A stretch of DNA of 52,118 nt. It comes from a virus. Below are positions 49,605 to 52,118 of the stretch, piece by piece; position 1 is the first letter of the stretch, and each line of letters starts with the position of its first letter. The notes below the pieces were generated by a model. That model made no database searches. It was not told the DNA's origin and saw nothing but the letters and a program-made list of their open reading frames with translations. Location of the stretch: positions 1 through 52,118 of IMG/VR virus record IMGVR_UViG_3300043672_000030; one strand, 5' to 3'. The position numbers and the translations under genes were made by a program.

Positions 49605-51373
49605 TGCCGATCATGCCGCAGGCCCCCCGGTTGCGGGTCGACTTCTGGCGAGCGTTTGGGCATTCCTGGTTGCAGTACCAGACCGGCCCGTCGGGGGATC
49701 AGACGGGCCGGTTCGATGCCCTTTTCCGGTCCGCGATGGATGTGGAGTACAACTCCTGGCGGAACTATGGGTCTTCGGGTGCGCGGGCGATCGGGGCGTC
49801 CCGGGCGCTGGGTGGGTGGACAAAGATTTTCCAGCGGGTCAAATCCCCCGTGGGTCGGGTCGGCCCGTACGCCCCGGACGGCGGCGGAACCCTGCTGGTG
49901 TACGGGATCAACGACGCCAGCATTTACGGGCTGAACCTGACGAATACCCAAACGTCGCTGGTCCACGCGCACCGGTCGATGATCAGTTGGGCTCGGGCTT
50001 CCCGGTATTACCTGACCACGGACGCGGTGTTCGCGTACGGGGCGAGTTGGACGTCCAACGGTTCCGGTCTTGACCTGGGGATGGGGACGGTTGACCGGTT
50101 GTGTTCGGCAACCACAACGTCCACGATCACCATGACCCTGCCTGCCGATTACAAGGGCGAACCGGTGTGCTTCGGTTTCCTCCAGAACGCGGACGCGACC
50201 GGCGCGACGATGACATGGTCGGGAACAGCGCTTGCCTCCCACGCACTGAACGGAACCACGTTCTCCACCAGCGCAGGGATTGAGGCTGCTTTTTCGACGT
50301 TCGGGTACATCGCGAAACGGGTGACGGGGCTGACGTCCGCGAACGCGTCACAGACGATCATCATCACGATGACCGCCCGTGACGGGGGCACCGGTTCCGC
50401 GTTCTTCGATGGGGCGTGGTTGGAGTCCCTCACCCCACCCCCGGTGATCGTCTGTAACGTGTCCCGCCCGACCACCGCCGGGTACGCGGCACTCGCCTCG
50501 TTCTCGACGAAGTGGACGTCGGCGGACTCAGCATCGGAAGCCGCCCACGACGCAAACGTTGTCGCGTACAACGCCCTGTTGTTGGCGATGACGCAAGAGT
50601 TCGACGGCATGGTCCAGATCGCTGACTGTGACTCTCTTGTGGGGAAAGACGCCGCGTCGTTCTCCGACGGCATCCACCCCAACGAATACGGGTCCGGCCG
50701 GTTGGTGGATGCGGCGATGGCGGCGTGGGGGCGGATGACCCCCCCGATCACCGCGTCGTCCTCCAGCATCTGCTTCAACCCCCCCTCGCCCCGGGTTGCC
50801 GCCCGTCGTCTCCCCCGTGTTGTCAACAACTGGTACACGTCGGATTTCACCACCAACAGTGCGACGTACACACCGGTCGTGGGGCATTTCATGGCGATTC
50901 CGATGGAGGTGACGGAGTCTAGGGATCAGTGGAATCAGTTGGCGTTGGAGGTGACGACGGCCGGGTCAACCACGTCAACGATCCGTTGGGGGATCTACGA
51001 AGATGTGAACTTCGATGGGTATCCGGGGGAGTTGCTGGCTGGGATGGACATTTCGTCGGCGGGCGCGTTTACGGTCGCGAACTCCACCGGGGTCAAAACG
51101 TCGTCCACGTTCACCACGGCTTTCGTCCCGGATCCCGGGTTGTACTGGTTGGCGTTGAAGGTGGACACGGTCGGCACGGCGCAGATCCTCCGGGCGTTGA
51201 CCGGGCCGTCTCCGTTGCTGCCGAACGTGACGACGACGGGTTTGCCGACGGCGAACGGGTACACCGGTTGGCAGGCGACCGGGCTCGCTACGGGTGTGCT
51301 ACCCGGATCGTTCCCCACGGGGGCGGCGCTGATGGTGAACGCCCCGTACGTAGGGATCAAGAAATCTAAGTAG
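49604..51373 (+). CDS. SGNH/GDSL-like hydrolase domain protein with large insertion and C-terminal beta-rich domain
   Basis: 589 aa. The four blocks seen are FGHSW (I), NYGSSG (II), VYGINDA (III) and DGIHPN (V). Confidence 0.55.
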   Translation: MPIMPQAPRLRVDFWRAFGHSWLQYQTGPSGDQTGRFDALFRSAMDVEYNSWRNYGSSGARAIGASRALGGWTKIFQRVKSPVGRVGPYAPDGGGTLLVYGINDASIYGLNLTNTQTSLVHAHRSMISWARASRYYLTTDAVFAYGASWTSNGSGLDLGMGTVDRLCSATTTSTITMTLPADYKGEPVCFGFLQNADATGATMTWSGTALASHALNGTTFSTSAGIEAAFSTFGYIAKRVTGLTSANASQTIIITMTARDGGTGSAFFDGAWLESLTPPPVIVCNVSRPTTAGYAALASFSTKWTSADSASEAAHDANVVAYNALLLAMTQEFDGMVQIADCDSLVGKDAASFSDGIHPNEYGSGRLVDAAMAAWGRMTPPITASSSSICFNPPSPRVAARRLPRVVNNWYTSDFTTNSATYTPVVGHFMAIPMEVTESRDQWNQLALEVTTAGSTTSTIRWGIYEDVNFDGYPGELLAGMDISSAGAFTVANSTGVKTSSTFTTAFVPDPGLYWLALKVDTVGTAQILRALTGPSPLLPNVTTTGLPTANGYTGWQATGLATGVLPGSFPTGAALMVNAPYVGIKKSK

Positions 51374-51387
51374 GGGAGGCTTCACCC

Positions 51388-52118
51388 GTGAGCCTGCTGC
51401 TGCTGTTCAACTCGACCACCAGCGTCACCGGACCGGCGCTGGTGGTCGACCCGGTCCGGGTCCGTACCCCGGGCCGGGTCATCGTCCTCACCCCCCGGGC
51501 GGATCCGGTGGCGGCCGGGGTGCAGTACCCGGTGTTTCCGCTGGTGTCGGCGGCCGGGCATGTTCCGTCGCCCGGCCGGGCGATCGTCGTCCAACAGCAA
51601 ACAGACACCCCGATCGCGGTCGGGACCGCCCCCACGGCCCCCGTGTTTGTCGCGGACCTGTCCCGGACCCGGTACCCGGCCGGTGTTGTCCGGGTTGTCG
51701 CCCCGGCCGCTGACCCCCCGGTGGTGGATGTTCCGCCAACGCCTACCCTCGTTTCCGCGACCGGTCGGCCTCCCGCGACCGGTCGCACCATCGTCCCGAC
51801 CGCTGGCACCGCGGACGCGACCCCGAACGTCCCGATCGTCGCCGACGCCCCCCACCCGCCGCCGGGCGGGCGGTCCATCGTCGTCGCGGCGTACGCTGAT
51901 CCGCCCCCCCCGACCGGTGACACCCCCACCCCGCCCATCGTCATCGCCACGCCCCGGTACCCGACCCCCGGGTACACCGGGATAACTCGCCCGCTCACGG
52001 ACACTCCCCCGGCGGTCGGTGACACCCCCACCGACCCGGTCGTGTTCGCCGGGGACCGGCCCCGCCCAGGCGGGGTGTGCATCGTGGCTGTCGGGCGCGC
52101 TGATGTCGCTGTCGGCGC
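51388..52118 (+). CDS. Pro/Val/Thr-rich degenerate-repeat protein, N-terminal part (open to the window end, continues at 2..517)
   Basis: GTG at 51388 lies 8 nt after a GGGGAGG SD. There is no stop to the window end. 52099 is in phase with position 2 through the 21-bp overlap. Confidence 0.65.
   Translation, partial: MSLLLLFNSTTSVTGPALVVDPVRVRTPGRVIVLTPRADPVAAGVQYPVFPLVSAAGHVPSPGRAIVVQQQTDTPIAVGTAPTAPVFVADLSRTRYPAGVVRVVAPAADPPVVDVPPTPTLVSATGRPPATGRTIVPTAGTADATPNVPIVADAPHPPPGGRSIVVAAYADPPPPTGDTPTPPIVIATPRYPTPGYTGITRPLTDTPPAVGDTPTDPVVFAGDRPRPGGVCIVAVGRADVAVG
52098..52118. repeat. 21-bp terminal direct repeat, second copy
   Basis: Identical to 1..21. Confidence 0.9.

Overview
The window is a complete, circularly closed genome of a high-GC, siphovirus-type actinobacteriophage. 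The first 21 nt are identical to the last 21 nt, so the unique length is about 52.1 kb, and one gene reads across the junction. All credible genes but one are on the + strand, densely packed, with many ATGA/GTGA stop-start overlaps.

Gene layout:
- 39.3-41.6 kb: accessory cassette (ParB-like, 2OG-Fe oxygenase-like, P-loop NTPase).
- 41.6-47.7 kb: HK97-style packaging and head genes (P27-type small terminase, large terminase, portal, prohead protease, major capsid).
- 47.7 kb to 0.5 kb: unusual block that includes an SGNH esterase-like protein and a Pro-rich repeat protein.
- 0.5-11.1 kb: connector and tail genes. The tape measure carries an NlpC/P60 domain.
- 11.2-14.0 kb: lysis cassette (amidase, membrane proteins, a secreted protein, r1t/LL-H-type holin).
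- 14.2-27.2 kb: early genes (Cro-like HTH, WhiB, YqaJ exonuclease plus RecT, GDPD, LuxR-type HTH, RusA, HNH, replication-organiser-like protein, ParB/DGQHR protein, GH26-like hydrolase).
- 27.2-27.6 kb: the single minus-strand gene, an excisionase/MerR-like HTH, flanked by a bidirectional terminator and a divergent promoter region.
- 27.7-39.1 kb: second early block (many small ORFs, DUF397-like, endonuclease VII, DUF932-like, SPFH protein, AAA ATPase, HNH, tRNA-Met).

I found no integrase, attP or CRISPR array. WhiB, DUF397 and the base composition suggest a Streptomyces-like actinomycete host, which is an inference.

Most interesting items:
- two tRNA-like genes with non-canonical anticodon loops, one of them with a 34-nt extra arm;
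- an endonuclease VII gene whose CxxC zinc knuckle lies in a different frame from its catalytic core;
- the ParB, oxygenase and kinase cassette next to the terminase;
- a candidate replication origin made of 12-bp iterons, a (CCCCTK)7 tract and an AT-rich island;
- a promoter motif, AGTAGACA-N18-TA[AC][GA]GT, conserved at three sites, with leaderless HTH genes.

Every family assignment is by-eye motif recognition. No database search was run.
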